Shown: positions 41,726-54,809 of the stretch, piece by piece
Numbering within the stretch: position 1 is the stretch's first letter
Layout of the letters: every line of letters begins with the position of its first letter
Notes under the pieces: generated by a model
Database searches by the model: none
What the model saw: the letters and a program-made list of their open reading frames with translations, nothing else
What the model was told of the DNA's origin: nothing
NCBI GenBank assembly: GCA_951406725.2
Contig: OX597818.1
Location: 51,460,001-51,524,000 of the forward strand
From: Octopus vulgaris
Lineage: Eukaryota
Reading direction: 5' to 3'
Length of the DNA stretch: 64,000 bases
Made by a program: the position numbers and the translations under genes

Positions 41726-43953
41726 CTTTGTAAGTGGATCTAGTAGACTGAAACTGAAAGAAACCTGTCATAGATATGTATGTGTGTGTTTGCTCATGAC
41801 AGCCTCTTCACAACTTGTGTCAGTTTGCTTATGTTCCTGTAAGTAAGTGGTTCAGCGCAAGAGGCTTTTGTTAAAAAACAGAAGTCCTGGGTATGATTTG
41901 TGCAATTGAATCCTTGAAAATCATGCACCAGTATGGTCTGAATATAATCTTTCCTACTCTAGGCACAAGGCCCAAAATGGTTTTTTTTTGGGGGGGGGGG
42001 GCAAACGATTAAATCAACTCCAGTACATAACTGGTACTTAATTTATCAACCCCAAAAGGATGAAAGGCAAAATCGACTTTGGTAAAATTTGAACTCAGAC
42101 TGTAAAGACAGACGAAATACTGCTAAGCATTTTGCCCTGTGTACTAACATCTCTTTTCTACTCAAGGCACTAGACCCAAAATTTTTGGAGAGAGGGCTAG
42201 TCGATTAGATCAACCCCAGTGCACAACTGGTATTTAATTTATCGACCCGGAAAGGATGAAAGGCAAAATCGGCCTCGGTGGAATTTGAACTCAGAACATA
42301 AAGACAGATGAAATACCACTAAGCGTTTCACCCTGTGTGCTAACGTTTCTTTTCTACTCAAGGCACTAGACCCGAAATTTTTGGGGAGGGGGTCAGTTGA
42401 TTAGATTGACCCCAGTGCACAACTAGTATTTAATTTATCGACCTTGAAGTATGAAAGGCAAAATCGACCTTGGTGGAATTTGAACTCAGAACGTAAAGAC
42501 CGATGAAATACCACTAATCGCTTCGCCCGGTGTGCTAAAGTTTCTGCCAGCTTGCTGCCTCTATGGTCTGAATATAATGACTGAAACAAGTAAAAGATAA
42601 AAAACGCCAAGGAAGGTCTTTTCGGTAATCTCTGCTTAAGCCATTCCTTCATATCTGTGCTAGGTCTATGATGTGGAACTTGCTTTTTACTTTCTTTTGC
42701 AGTTTCCTGAATACAACAGTCTTGCTTGGATTTGAAGTGAGATGCTTAAATGAAAATGGTATTTGACAGCACAGAAAACTCAAACTTTGTATGCATAACT
42801 TAGTCAGAGGAGGGGAAGAAGTGGTTGTGACTCTTGCAGACTCCTTACCATTAGGGGGTCTGGTGGACCTCCTAAGGGTCAGTGAGAAATTACAGGGGAT
42901 CGATGATAGCCAAGGTGTCAAATGGGTATCAACGTGTGAAAGACTAGCTCACCCAGATAAACTGCTTAAAATACTTAGATGTTGTTGATTCTCAGCTTTA
43001 AGATTTGTTGGTCAATGCTTATAGGATAATGACTATATATATTTCAGGTTTGGAACAATTAAAAGGATTTGGCATTAGGGAGTGAATCTAACTGGCTTCC
43101 ATGCCAGTGGCACATAAAAGGGCACCATTTGAGCGTAATCGTTACCAACGTCGCCTTACTGGCACCTGTGCTGGTAGCATGTGTAAAAAGATTTGAGTGA
43201 GGTCGTTGCCAGTACTGCCTGACTGGCCCCCGTCCTGGTGGCACATAAAAAGCACCCACTACACTCCTGGAGTGGTTGGTGTTAGGAAGGGAATTAAGAT
43301 TGGAGCCTGGTGCAGCCATCTGGTTCACCAGCCCTCAGTCAAAATCGTCCAACCCATGCTAGCATGGAAAGCAGATGTTAAACGATGATAATGATGATGA
43401 TGATGATGAATTATTACTGTCTGGCCATGAAACTAACATGCAAGTGGCTGAGTGTTTCACAGACACGTGTGCCCTTAACATAGTTCTCAGGGAGATTCAG
43501 CATGACACAGAATGTGACATGACTGACCCTTTGAAATATAGGTACTACTCATTTTTACAATGACAAGCCATGGTGATGATGATGATGATGATGGCAACAC
43601 CTGGTCATTCTTAGAATAATGACTTTTGCAAACAACATAAAAATAAGTCATGAATCCTAAAAATATTGACACCATTTACATGCACTGATACACTAATGAA
43701 TTAAATTAGTTCATTAACCTATTTGTTCGAAGCTGATTAGGTAAGCAGTACATACTTAAAATAGCAGAATTGTGATTTGGTGATAAAATAAGATAGGAAA
43801 AAAATAAAAGACTTATCCATACATGATCACCTACTTGACACAACAGACACACACACACACGTTTTTGTAGAATTCTGGAATTGAAAGACAATGCCTGTAT
43901 GACAATATGGCTCATTTACAACTAGAGAAGGAGGCACAAACATACCCTACTCA

Positions 43954-44370
43954 AGGCGGTGAGCTGGCAGAAATGTTAGAACACTGGGCGAAATGCTTAG
44001 CAGTATTTCGTCTGCTGTTACGTTCTGAGTTCGAATTCCGCCGAGGTTGACTTTGCCTTTCATCCTTTCGGGGTCGATTAAATAAGTACCAGTTACGTAC
44101 TGGGGTTGATGTAATCGACTTAATCCGTTTGTCTGTCCTTGTTTGTCCTCTCTGTGTTTAGCCCCTTGTGGGTAGTAAAGAAATAGGTATTTCGTCTGCC
44201 GTTACGTTCTGAGTTCAAATTCTGCCGAGGTCAACTTTGCCTTTCATGCTTTCAGGGTCGATAGATTAAGTACCAGTTATGTACTGGAGTCGATCTAATC
44301 GACTTAATCCGTTTGTCTGTCCTTGTTTGTCCCCTATATGTTTAGGTCCTTGTGGGCAATAAAGAAATAA
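43954..44370 (+). mobile_element. SINE family A (tRNA-like head, Nin/Deu-like central domain), dimeric copy; representative of >15 copies
   Basis: GGCGGTGAGCTGGCAGAAA...GAGTTCGAATTCCGCCGAGGTTGACTTTGCCTTTCATCCTTTCGGGGTCGAT...AAGTACCAG. Other copies at 1-340(-), 17725-17960, 20371-20780, 22622-22848, 33473-33860, 38583-38812(-), 40765-41237(-), 41950-42560(-), 45737-46142(-), 50958-51370 and 51436-51652(-). Confidence 0.85.
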
Positions 44371-44871
44371 CAAACATACACTACTCACACACACCCTCAC
44401 ATATACACATTTAAACATTGGAGGTCACCAAAGGTGGCCTGGTAGACACCCTAAGGGTCAGCGAGGAATTACAGGATAGCCAAGGTGTCAAATGGGTGTC
44501 GGTGTGTGAAAGACCAGCTCACCCAGATAAACTGCTTAGAATATTTAGTCAGCGCCATGAAACGTGGGAAAACATGATAAATTTTCACTGCAGCGAGAAG
44601 TCTGATATTGATACCAGTCAGTGGTGGTATGGAAAGTGGATGTTGGACGATGATAATGATGCTTTGATGCAACAAAATAATGGTGATAAAGTTATCCATT
44701 TCTGATAAGGTTAAGGCATTGTCAGCAATAATGGTTTCTGGTGCTTTTCCTATTTTCTATCCATGAAGATGTCTTAGCATTCAGTAACTTGGGTAAAAAA
44801 AAAGGCCAACAGCTGGTACACAATAATCACAAAGTCCAAGAAAGGCAATACTTATAGTATTTTTCAAGACT

Positions 44872-45335
44872 GGTCCCATGCCAATGGCAGGTAAAAAGCA
44901 CCACTTGAGCGTGACCATTGCCAGTGACACCTGACTGGCTCCTGTGCTGGGGGCACATAAAAAGCACCATTTGAGCATGGTCGATGCCGGAACTGGCTGA
45001 CTGGTCCTGTGCCGGTGGCATGTAAAAAGCACCATTTGAGCGTGGTCATTGCCAGGCTGCCTGACTGGCTCCTGTGACAGTGACTCGTAAAAAGCAACAC
45101 CCAAACGTGGCCAATGCCAGTATCACATGACTGACCCTTGTGCTGGTGGCACGTAAAAAGCACCCACTACTCTCGCGGAGTGGTTGGCTTTAGGAAGGGC
45201 ACCCATCTGTAGAAATGTTGCCAGATCAGATTGGAGCCTGGTGTAGCCTTCTGGCTCACCAGCCCTCAGCAAACCATCCAACACATGCCAGCATGGAAAG
45301 CGGACACTAAATGACAACGACGACGATGATGATGT
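44872..45335 (+). mobile_element. Family D SINE-like element (Meta-domain-like TTAGGAAGGGCATCCAGC core, (GAT)n tail) with 5' ~65-bp tandem units
   Basis: Repeated GTGCCRGTGGCACRTAAAAAGCACC units precede the core. Other copies at 905-1165, 6541-6830(-), 23124-23298, 25990-26172, 34510-35060(-), 37316-37795(-) and 43085-43410. Confidence 0.75.
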
Positions 45336-45680
45336 ACCTGAGCGACCTTTGTGAAGGCATTATTGTATCATCATGCTTTGTTCTTCTACACAAGGAAGAA
45401 CAAGCAATGGAATCTAAGAAAGCAAGGTGGTGTCGTTGAAAGGTAGTTTTACATAAGCCAGTCAGTATCCTTTATCTTTGACTCATTTTAGTCATTAGAC
45501 TGTGGCCATGCTGGGGCACCACCTTGAAGAATTTTAATCAAACAAATTGACCCCGATACTTATTTTCATTTTTAAGTTTGGTCCTTATTCTATTGGTCTC
45601 TTTTGCCAAACTGCTAAGTTACAGGGATGTAAACACACCAACACCAGTTGTCAAGCAATGGTGGGGGACAAGTATAGACA

Positions 45681-45716
<36 letters not shown>

Positions 45717-46740
45717 ACAGGCTTCTTCAAGTTTCTTATTTCTTTATTGCCTACAAGGGGCTAAACACAGAGGGGACAAACAAGGACAGACAAACGGATT
45801 AAGTCGATTATATCGACCCCAGTGTGTAACTGGTACTTATTTAATCGTCCCCGAAAGGATGAAAGGCAAAGTGGACCTCAGCGGAATCTGAACTCAGAAC
45901 GTAAAGACAGACGGAATACCTATTTCTTTACTACCCACAAGGGGCTAAACACAGAGGACAAAGAAGGACAGACAAACAGATTAAGTCGATTATATCGAGC
46001 CCAGTGCGTAACTGGTACTTATTTAATCGACCCCAAAAGGATGAAAGGCAAAGTCAACCTCGGCGGAATTTGAACTCAGAACTTAGCAGCAGACGAAATA
46101 CTGCTAAGCATTTTGCCTGGTGTGCTAACGTTTCTGCCAGCTTCTTTGAGTTTCTTTCCCTTGAATCAACTCACAGGGCTTTGGTCAGCCCGAGGTTATA
46201 GTAGAATATACTTGCCCAATTTGCCTTGCAGTGGGGCTGAACATGGAATCTTGTGGTTAGGAAAGAAAACTTCTTACCACACAGCCACACCTAAATGTTC
46301 CTTCCTGTCTTTCTTGTAAAATGTGAGATTCAGGTTCATTTCATGATCTTTAAATAGTGGAAAGTAGGGCCAGCCCTAGGGTTGCTCATGTCCTGGGCAA
46401 GCTGAACTTTGGTAAGTACAAGCTGACAGTCATGGAAATTTCCTTATCGTTGTCATGGCCTACTTGGTGCCTCCTAGCACATGGTGCCCCAGGTGACTGA
46501 CCAAGTTCCTGGTACCTTGAGCCGACCCTGGTGGATGGTGAAATTTGCACCTCCTTAACAGAGAAAGATGCTTTATACTTAGGCTGTTGAAAAAAGATGT
46601 TTAGAGGGATTCAACATACTGGGAAGGGTCTCTAGCTCAAACAACCAAGAGTCTTAGGGTTCTTTTCATCATGATGCTCAATGTCTGTGAGTCATCAAAT
46701 CTGCCTCAGTTTTGGTTCAAGCACTATAGTGATCTTACCT

Positions 46741-47130
46741 GTGGAGGCACAATGGCCCAGTGGTTAGGGCAGCGGACTCGCGGTCTTAGGATTGCGGTTT
46801 CGATTCCCAGACCGGGCGTTGTGAGTGTTTATTGAGCGAAAACACCTAAAGCTCCACGAGGCTCCGGCAGGGGATGGTGGTGATCCCTGCTGTACTCTTT
46901 CACCACAACTTTCTCTCACTCTTACTTCCTGTTTCTGTTGTACCTGTATTTCAAAGGGCCGGCCTTGTCACTCTCTGTGTCACGCTGAATATCCCCGAGA
47001 ACTACGTTAAGGGTACACGTGTCTGTGGAGTGCTCAGCCACTTACACGTTAATCTCACGAGCAGGCTGTTCCGTTGATTCGGATCAACCGGAACCCCCGT
47101 CGTCGGAACCGACGGAGTGATTCCATCCCC
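46741..47130 (+). mobile_element. SINE family C (tRNA-Arg-like head, probably octopus OR-type); full-length copy with TSD
   Basis: GTGGAGGCACAATGGCCCAGTGGTTAGGGCAGCGGACTCGCGGTC...GGTTTCGATTCC; TSD AGTGATCTTAC (46728-46738 and 47133-47143). Relatives at 1420-1702(-), 18155-18526(-), 36066-36357, 39195-39497 and 49270-49482(-). Confidence 0.8.
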
Positions 47131-47152
47131 AGAGTGATCTTACATAAGAATT

Positions 47153-47638
47153 TGTAGCAGCACAAACAGTCAGCGCCATATTGGATGAGATCTCGCGGTG
47201 GCCATTGTCATCTCCGAGACCTTACCTGCATCCATTTGCCATGCACGAGATCACAATAAACTGTATATAAAGGCAAAACAGATTGAGATTCTTCCTCTTT
47301 TGCCGTCTCTCTTTGCCACCTCTTCTTTCTGCTCCTTAGCAACAGCGCTTGCTGAGCGCCACTCCATTGGCTGGGCCTGTCTGTATGTTGTACTCCCAGA
47401 GGCAATGTGCCCCGCACTAACGGAGCTACTACACAACGCACACAGCTAAAGATGGTTGCTGAGAGCAGCACACTTCACCTATCCTGTGAAACCTGTAAAT
47501 AAAACCAGTTGTAAATCGCATTTGTACTTGAAGTCTTCTCGCCTCGCCTGCCGGAAGCTTGAACTGCACGAAGAACAAAAAGAGATAATGGAAGAAGGCG
47601 ATATTCTTCCGATATCGCAAACCTTGCCATCCATTATA
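47153..47638 (+). mobile_element. Solo LTR (Gypsy-type), 486 bp
   Basis: TGTAG start; TTATA end (CTACA with 2 transitions); TSD AATT (47149-47152 and 47639-47642); TATA box GTATATAAAGG near 47263; AATAAA near 47498. Confidence 0.75.
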
Positions 47639-48211
47639 AATTCAAGCATCAAGTTCAACAGAAGATGCAGGCATGGCTGCGGTAAGGCATTTGCTTCCCA
47701 ACCACATGGATCTGGGTTCAGTCCTACTGTGTGGCACCATCTTAGCCAAGTGTCTTCTATGATAGTCTTGGGCTAACCAAAGCCTTATGAGTGGATTGGG
47801 CAGATGAAAATTGAAAGAAGTCCATTGTGTGTGTGAGAGAGAGAGAGAGAAAGAAAGAGAGAGGAAGAGAGAGAGAGAGAAAGAGAGAGATGATATTTTC
47901 CTATTTTTTTTAAAGGTTTGTAAAATGTTGAATTAAACTTTTATGTTCAATTCTATTTACGGAGATGTACTTGCATAGCAAGTGACTTGATCTGAGATCG
48001 TGTGCTGGAACGAAAACAAGTGCAGCATGGAAGGTGTTTGTAAGCCAATTAAGAAACACACAAAAACCGTTAGATTCACTTCAACATTTAAATTTAATTT
48101 GTCAAAATATTTTTGTCGCTGTTCAGTTCTATATTTCTGGCTTATTCTGATTTCAGTGCCTGTATCATAATGGATAAAACGCTTCATTTATAAGTAAGGA
48201 ATCGTTAAAGA

Positions 48212-48430
48212 ATGTATGTATGTATGTATGTATGTATGTATGTATGTATGTATGTATGTATGTATGTATGTATGTATGTATGTATGTATGTATGTATGTA
48301 TGTATGTATGTATGTATGTATGTATGTATGTATGTATGTATGTATGTATGTATGTATGTATGTATGTATGTATGTATGTATGTATGTATGTATGTATGTA
48401 TGTATGTATGTATGTATGTATGTATGTATG

Positions 48431-48460
<30 letters not shown>
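48212..48460. repeat. (ATGT)n microsatellite, ~250 bp perfect
   Basis: Direct reading. Confidence 0.98.
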
Positions 48461-48462
<2 letters not shown>

Positions 48463-48545
48463 GTGCGTACACGTAAATACGCACACGCACACACACACAC
48501 ACACTCCCTCTATTTCTCCCCCACACTCTCCCTCTATTTCTCTCG

Positions 48546-48576
<31 letters not shown>

Positions 48577-49973
48577 ACATACATACACACGAGTGTATAT
48601 CAATGAAAGGGAAATATATAATAATAAATTTAAAAAAAAAACTTTATGTTAGAGAAAACTCCGAATGCCAAAGCAATTTTTTTTACCCATTTGTATTAAT
48701 ATAATTATAAATATATTATAAAATATCAAGTTATCCTTTTTATTTTCTGATGTTTCCCTTCCTTTTAAGAAGCAAAAGACGAATCCTTAATTCTGATAAA
48801 AAGTATAATTGAAAAAAAAAAAGTCAACTAGCAAGGGAGGTCAGTCAAAAATATTTCCTACAGAGTTATCTCCCTTGGAAAACCTACTACAAACGGGCTC
48901 ACAACCTGCTAGACATAGCAGCCAAATCTTTTTTCAAGTCCGAGTACACCGTTTTGAAAAAACAAAACAAACAAAACAAAAAACTACGTAGTATATCACG
49001 TAGTCTTAGATAGCCAATAAAAAGAGTGAGTGCTAGGTCTATGTGATTTTAGGTTTATTCAATCAAATCTGACCCAAGGCTGAACCACAAAATTCGCAAA
49101 CACTGTTATTACAATTTCTACTTTTCACTCTTATCGTTCACCCTCCCCTCCCTCATCTCTCTTCCCCTCCATCTCTCTCTTTCTCTGTGTGTGTACATGT
49201 GTGTATGTGTGTGTGAGTGCGAGTGTGTATGTGTGCATGTGCGCGCGTATGTGTAAGTGCGTGTGTGTATATCACCGTGACCGACCAGGCTATCAGATGT
49301 TGCTACACATCGCTGGTCACAATGCGCTTCGCATTGTTTTTAGCCTTCAAATGACGCCGGAGTCTCGTGGAGCTTTTAGGTGTTTTCGCTCAATAAACAC
49401 TCACAACGCCCGGTCTGGGAATCGAAACCGCGATCCTACGACCGCGAGTCCGCTGCCCTAACCACTGGGCCATTGCGCCTCCATGTGTGTATATACATGC
49501 ATAAAATGCATACGTACACACATACCCATATGCATGCATTCACACATGCACAAGTGCCCACGCATGCGCACACGCGTACAAATACTCGAATTGTTGAGAA
49601 TATCGCTTCGTAATCAGGAGGTCCCGAGTTCGATTCCACTACATGCCATTTTGGTCAAATTTATATTCCCTCACTTTCTATAGCCTCAGTTCTGCTCATA
49701 CCTTGTGAGTGAAATCGGGTGAACGGAAACTGTAGAGAAACCCGTCGGGGTGGGGGTTGGGGATTGCCCCCGTAATTCAAAAGGTACAGCTTGGTCACAC
49801 AGTGTGACATCCTGATTGAGTCTGCGGATTGCATTCAGGTTCCACATGTCTGTGGAATACTCAGCCAGTTAATTCAGAATCAAGTCATTCAGTTGACCGA
49901 ACAACAGGTTCCTCATCGTTGAACGACGGAGATCCACCATCATGCACATACATACATACATACATACATACAT

Positions 49974-50026
<53 letters not shown>

Positions 50027-50066
50027 TATATATATACATACATACGTACATACTCGCACACACAGA

Positions 50067-50116
<50 letters not shown>

Positions 50117-50132
50117 GAGTTTAGTTTTTAGA

Positions 50133-50430
50133 TGCTTCTTCTTGATGCTCTAGGATGCTCGGTCAGTGAGGATTGAGCGGTCTCAATGTGTTTCGGGTCT
50201 TTCATCGTCAGCCCCCTCACCCCATCTCCCCCACATGATCCAGCTGGTATTGTTCAAGTCCCAACTTGTATCCTAACAGCAGCAATCCACTTGTCTGGTC
50301 TTTTTATCCAAAATCACCAAGTGGCCTTCTCTGAAGCTTTGGTGATGGATCTTATAGCCCTCCTCTTTGCCGCACTAGTAACTCCAAGCCCAGCCAGAGC
50401 TTTAAAATAATGAGCACCAGCCTCGATTTC
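50133..50430 (-). mobile_element. Hero/R2-group (RLE-endonuclease) non-LTR retrotransposon 3' end
   Basis: Minus-strand translation IEAG..KALAGLGVTSAAKRRAIRSITKASEKATW*FWIKRPDKW resembles Hero C-termini as I recall them; 3' UTR GAAAGACCCGAAACAC...CACTGA and a (GAA)n tail. Confidence 0.7.
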
Positions 50431-51931
50431 AGCATTGTTGTTGGCACTCCGTCGCTTACGACGACGAGGGTTCCAGCTGATCCGACCAACGGAACAGCCT
50501 ACTCGTAAAATTTACGTGCAAGTAACTGAACACTGAACACCCAACAAACACGCATGCCCTTAACGTAGTTCTCAGGGAGATTCAGCGTGACACAGAATGT
50601 GACAAGACTGGCATTTTGAAATATAGGTACCACTCGTTTTTGAGAACTAAGTTGACTAGAGCAACATGGAATAAAGTATCCTGTTGAAGGAGATAACCCG
50701 CCGTCAGAAATCGAACACACGACGTTACGATCGGGAGCCGAGTACCCTAACCACTAAGCTACGAGCCTTCACAATCGAAGATCTAATCGCGAGTAATATC
50801 ACAGACACATATTACAATCATTTGTCTGTGCTACCGTATGATTTGGAAGCTGGTTTTAGCTGATGCCAAGACCGTTTGATCATTCCTTTCGATGTAGATT
50901 AGGAGGTTGTCATAAGTGGTTCTCTTGGAAGCAGATAAATAAGTAGGTTTAGTAAAAAGGTGGCGAGCTGGCAGAAACGTTAGTACGCCGGGCGAAATGC
51001 TCAGCGGTATTTCGTCTGCCGTTACGTTGAGTACTAATTCCGCCTAGGTTACTTTGCCTTTCATCCTTTCGGGGTCGATTAAATAAGTACCAGTTACGCA
51101 TTGGGGTCGATGTAATCGATTTAATACCTATGTCTGTCCTTGTTTGTCCCCTCTGTGTTTAGCCCCTTGTGGGTAATAAAGAAATAGGTATTTCGTCTAC
51201 CGTTACGTTCTGAGTACAAATTCCGCATAGGTCGACTTTGCCTTTCATCCTTTTGGGGTCGATAAATTAAGTACCAGTTACGCACGGGCGTCGATGTAAT
51301 CGACTTAATACCTTTGTCTGTCCTTCTTTTTCCCCTCTGTGTTTAGCCCCTTGTGGGCAGTAAAGAAATAAGAAATAAGTAGGTTTAGTAAAGGGATTGG
51401 ATTCAGATCGGTGGCCTCTATTAGTAATCATAATATATTTCATTACTACCCACAAGGGGCTAAACATAGAGGGGACAAACAAAGGGATTAAGTCGATTAC
51501 ATCGACCCAGTGCGAAACTGGTACTTTATTTATCGATCCCGAAAGGATGAAAGGCAAAGTCCTTCTCGGCGGAATTTGAACTCAGAACGTAACGACAGAC
51601 GAAATACCGCTAAGCATTTCGACCGGCATGCTAACGTTTCTGCCAGCTCGCCAGAAGGTATTCCAACTCAGTCTAACTACCAATACTAACTACATCGCTG
51701 CCATAGACGTCTCCACAACTACCACCTTCATCTACTTCACCTTCATCATCATTATCATCAGCATAATCACTATGATCGCCATTTTAACACAAATCTTCTA
51801 TATATTTATCTTTTGCTTGTTTTAGACATTAGACTGCGGTCATACTGGGGCACCGCATTGAAGAATTTTTAGTCGAATGGATCGACACCAGTACGCTTCC
51901 ATTTACAATTGATAAAATTTTCTAATTGACC

Positions 51932-52004
51932 GGGGAATTAGGTCAGTTGGTAGGGTGCTCGCTTGGCATACGAAAGGTACCGGGATCGATACCCGGAATC
52001 TCCA
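51932..52004 (+). pseudogene. tRNA-Ala-derived pseudogene, anticodon GGC
   Basis: 73-nt GGGGAATTAGGTCAGTTGGTAGGGTGCTCGCTTGGCATACGAAAGGTACCGGGATCGATACCCGGAATCTCCA. G3:U70 Ala identity pair, intact T-arm CCGGG/CCCGG, TTTT ~10 nt downstream. Mismatches in the D, anticodon and acceptor stems. Confidence 0.8.
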
Positions 52005-52017
52005 ATGAAGCTACTTT

Positions 52018-52187
52018 TAGGCGTAGGAGTGGTTGTGTGGTAAGTAGCTTGCTTACCAACCACATGGCTCCGGGTTCAGTCCCACTGCGTGGCACCTTGG
52101 GCGTTTCCTACTATAGCCTCGGGCCGACCAAAGCCTTGTGAGTGGATTTGGTAGACGGAAACTGAAAGAAGCCCATCGTATATTTGA

Positions 52188-52252
<65 letters not shown>

Positions 52253-52500
52253 ATATATATGTGTGTATGTATGTGTGTGTGTATACGTTTGTGTGTTTGT
52301 GCTTGTTCTCCCAACGTCGCTTGACAACCGATGCTGGTGTGTTTACGTCCCCGTAACTTAGCGGTTCGGCAAAAGAGACCGATAGAATAAGTACTAGACT
52401 TACAAAGAATAAGCCCTGGGATCGATTTGCTCGAGTAAAGGCGGTACTCCAGCATGGCCGCAGTCAAATGACTGAAACAAGTAAAAGAGTAAAGGAGTAA
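52018..52500 (+). mobile_element. SINE family B (tRNA-derived head, internal TA/TG microsatellite, (GAGTAAAA)n tail); representative copy
   Basis: AGGCGTAGGAGTGGTTGTGTGGTAAG (A box)...GGTTCAGTCC (B box)...GACTGAAACAAGTAAAAGAG. Other copies at 9181-9600(-), 21385-21778(-), 25000-25400, 34060-34430(-), 39113-40275, 53355-53818(-), 54660-54965(-) and 62878-63265(-). Confidence 0.85.
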
Positions 52501-53555
52501 GCATGTTACATCTTTAAATAAATTAATTACTGCTGCAAATATTAAGGACAACTTCGGCTTGGACTCAATGTTTATTATATAGGGACATATTTCAGTGTAT
52601 CTTAATGAGAGATATAGCTATATTTCTTGAGCTTCAACGCAGGAGTTCGACCTGTTAAATCACTTTGGGACCAACTAAATACGAAAAAACCGAGATCAAC
52701 GACACAAACACCAGTATTCAAGGGAAACAACTCCTACAATAAGGGAAATAACTATGTCACTTTTTTGTGTCTCGTTAATATTCGTTTGAAGCATAAATGT
52801 TTGGTTTTCAACACATAAAAATAAAAGTATATTTATATGAGAGAGATGATATTTACTGAGAATAATGGAGGCGGGGGGGGGGGGGGGAGGACACACAAAC
52901 ACAGACACACACACACACATAAATATAAATATATGCGACGGGCTTCTTTTAGTTTCCGTCTACCAAATCCACTCCAAAGGCTTTGGTTGGCCCAGGACTA
53001 TAGTAGAAGTCCTTTATCCAAGGTGCCATGCAGTGGGAGTGAACCCCGAACCATGTGGTAGGGAAGAAAGCTACTTACCACACAGCCATGCCTGCGCGTA
53101 GAAAATTTCATTAAAAAATGCCCATTTTCTGAAAGGTATGAGGAAACAAAGTCGGGCTAGGGACAGTCGGTATGCAGGTAAGTATGCACAGTACGATTAT
53201 CAGGAAAATAAGCATATTGTGGTATCAGTGTATAAGTATATAGTCTGTTGTGAGTTCAATAATATAGTTCCATGTAAGGTTTCATGGATTGGATTCTTGA
53301 GTCTATTTAGGAATATTTTGGGTAAAATGGTGACATTCATCTCCATTCACCAATTACTCTTTTACTCTTTTACTGGTTTCAGTCATTTGACTGTGGCCGT
53401 GCTGGAGCGCCGCCTTTAGTCGAGCAAATCGACTCCAGGACTTATTCTTTGTAAGCCCAGAATTTATTCTATCGATCACTTTTGCCAAACTGCTAAGTTA
53501 CAGGGACGGAAACACACCACCATCGGTTGTCAAGCGATGTTGGGGGGACAAACAT

Positions 53556-53627
<72 letters not shown>

Positions 53628-54055
53628 ACACACGCACATACATGTATATATACGACGGGCTTCTTTTAGTTTTCGCCTACCAAATCCACTCACAAGGCTT
53701 TGGTCGGCCCGAGGCTATAGTAGAAGACACTTGCTCAATGTGCCACGCAGTGGGAATGAACACGGAACAATGTGGTTGGTAAGCAAGCTACTTACCACAC
53801 AGCCACTCCTGCGCCTAAGTTAGTAAAAAACAAACAGACAAAAAAAAAACATGGCGCTTCGTCGGTTACGACGACGATGTCCCAACTGATCCAATCAACG
53901 AAACAGTCTGCTCGTGAAATTAATGTGGCGAGTGGCTGAGAACTCCAGCGTCGATACCACCAGATCACGTGATTTCGATCTTCCATGGTCTCTTCAGTGA
54001 TAGACGCTCGACCACTAGAGATAGCAGTCACTCACTTCTTCGCTAGCGATATATA

Positions 54056-54660
54056 TCAGGTCACCTCATAAGATCTGTCCGAATTTTGAATAAAGAAAAC
54101 AAGTGATCAAATGTTATATTCAATTGAAATTTAATTATCAATGTACTTGCCCTGATTATCTATGACTTCCTTCCATCTATTTACAAGCTTTTTAATCCCA
54201 TCAATGTAAAACCCTTTTGGTTTCAAAGCGAAGAACTCTGAAATGTCAGTTTCGACCTCCTCTTGGCTTGCGAAACTTATGTCTCCCAAATGATTCTGTA
54301 AACAACGAAACAAATGGTAGTCTGAAGGAGCAAGGTTGGGAGAATAAAGTAAATGGGGAATTTTTTCCCAACCAAGATCTTCGATCTTCTGTGATGTAAT
54401 CTTTGCAGTGTGAGGTCGCGCATTGTCCTGATGAAACATCACTCCTTTTCGATTCACTAAACCGGGTCTTTTTTCTTCAAAGCTTGGTTCAAACGCTCTA
54501 ATTGCTGACATTAGACTTGAACATTGATTGTTGCATTAGGTGGTAACAATTCAAAGTGAATTACTCCTTTGCAACCCCACCAGATAGAGAGAAGGAACCT
54601 TTTTTCCATGAAGTTCCCTTCTGGGTTGTGTTTGAGCTTTTTCCCTTTTACCAAGCCACT
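54056..54660 (-). mobile_element. Mariner (DD34D) transposon remnant: 3' half of transposase plus right TIR
   Basis: LSIWWGCKGVIHFELLPPNATIN, then (after a stop) FHQDNARPH...YSPNLAPSDYHLF...GIKKLVNRWKEVIDNQGKY. End sequence TA|TCAGGTCACCTCATAAGATCTGTCCG. The 5' part is replaced by a SINE. Confidence 0.92.
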
Positions 54661-54720
54661 GTTTATGTGGACGTAAACATACCAACACCAAGCGGTGGTG
54701 GGGACAAAACAGGCACAAAG

Positions 54721-54809
<89 letters not shown>

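Noticed and set aside
42840-44545. Similar ORFs at 42791-42988 and 44418-44705 as duplicated exons
   Set aside because: Two diverged copies of a short interspersed repeat with indels and no consistent splice signals.
44872-45170. CRISPR-like repeat-spacer appearance
   Set aside because: The 'spacers' are homologous to each other, the repeats are degenerate, the context is a eukaryotic SINE and there are no cas genes.
46741-46815. tRNA-Arg gene (also the heads of other SINE copies)
   Set aside because: tRNA-like SINE head that continues into the SINE body with a TSD; no proper acceptor stem.
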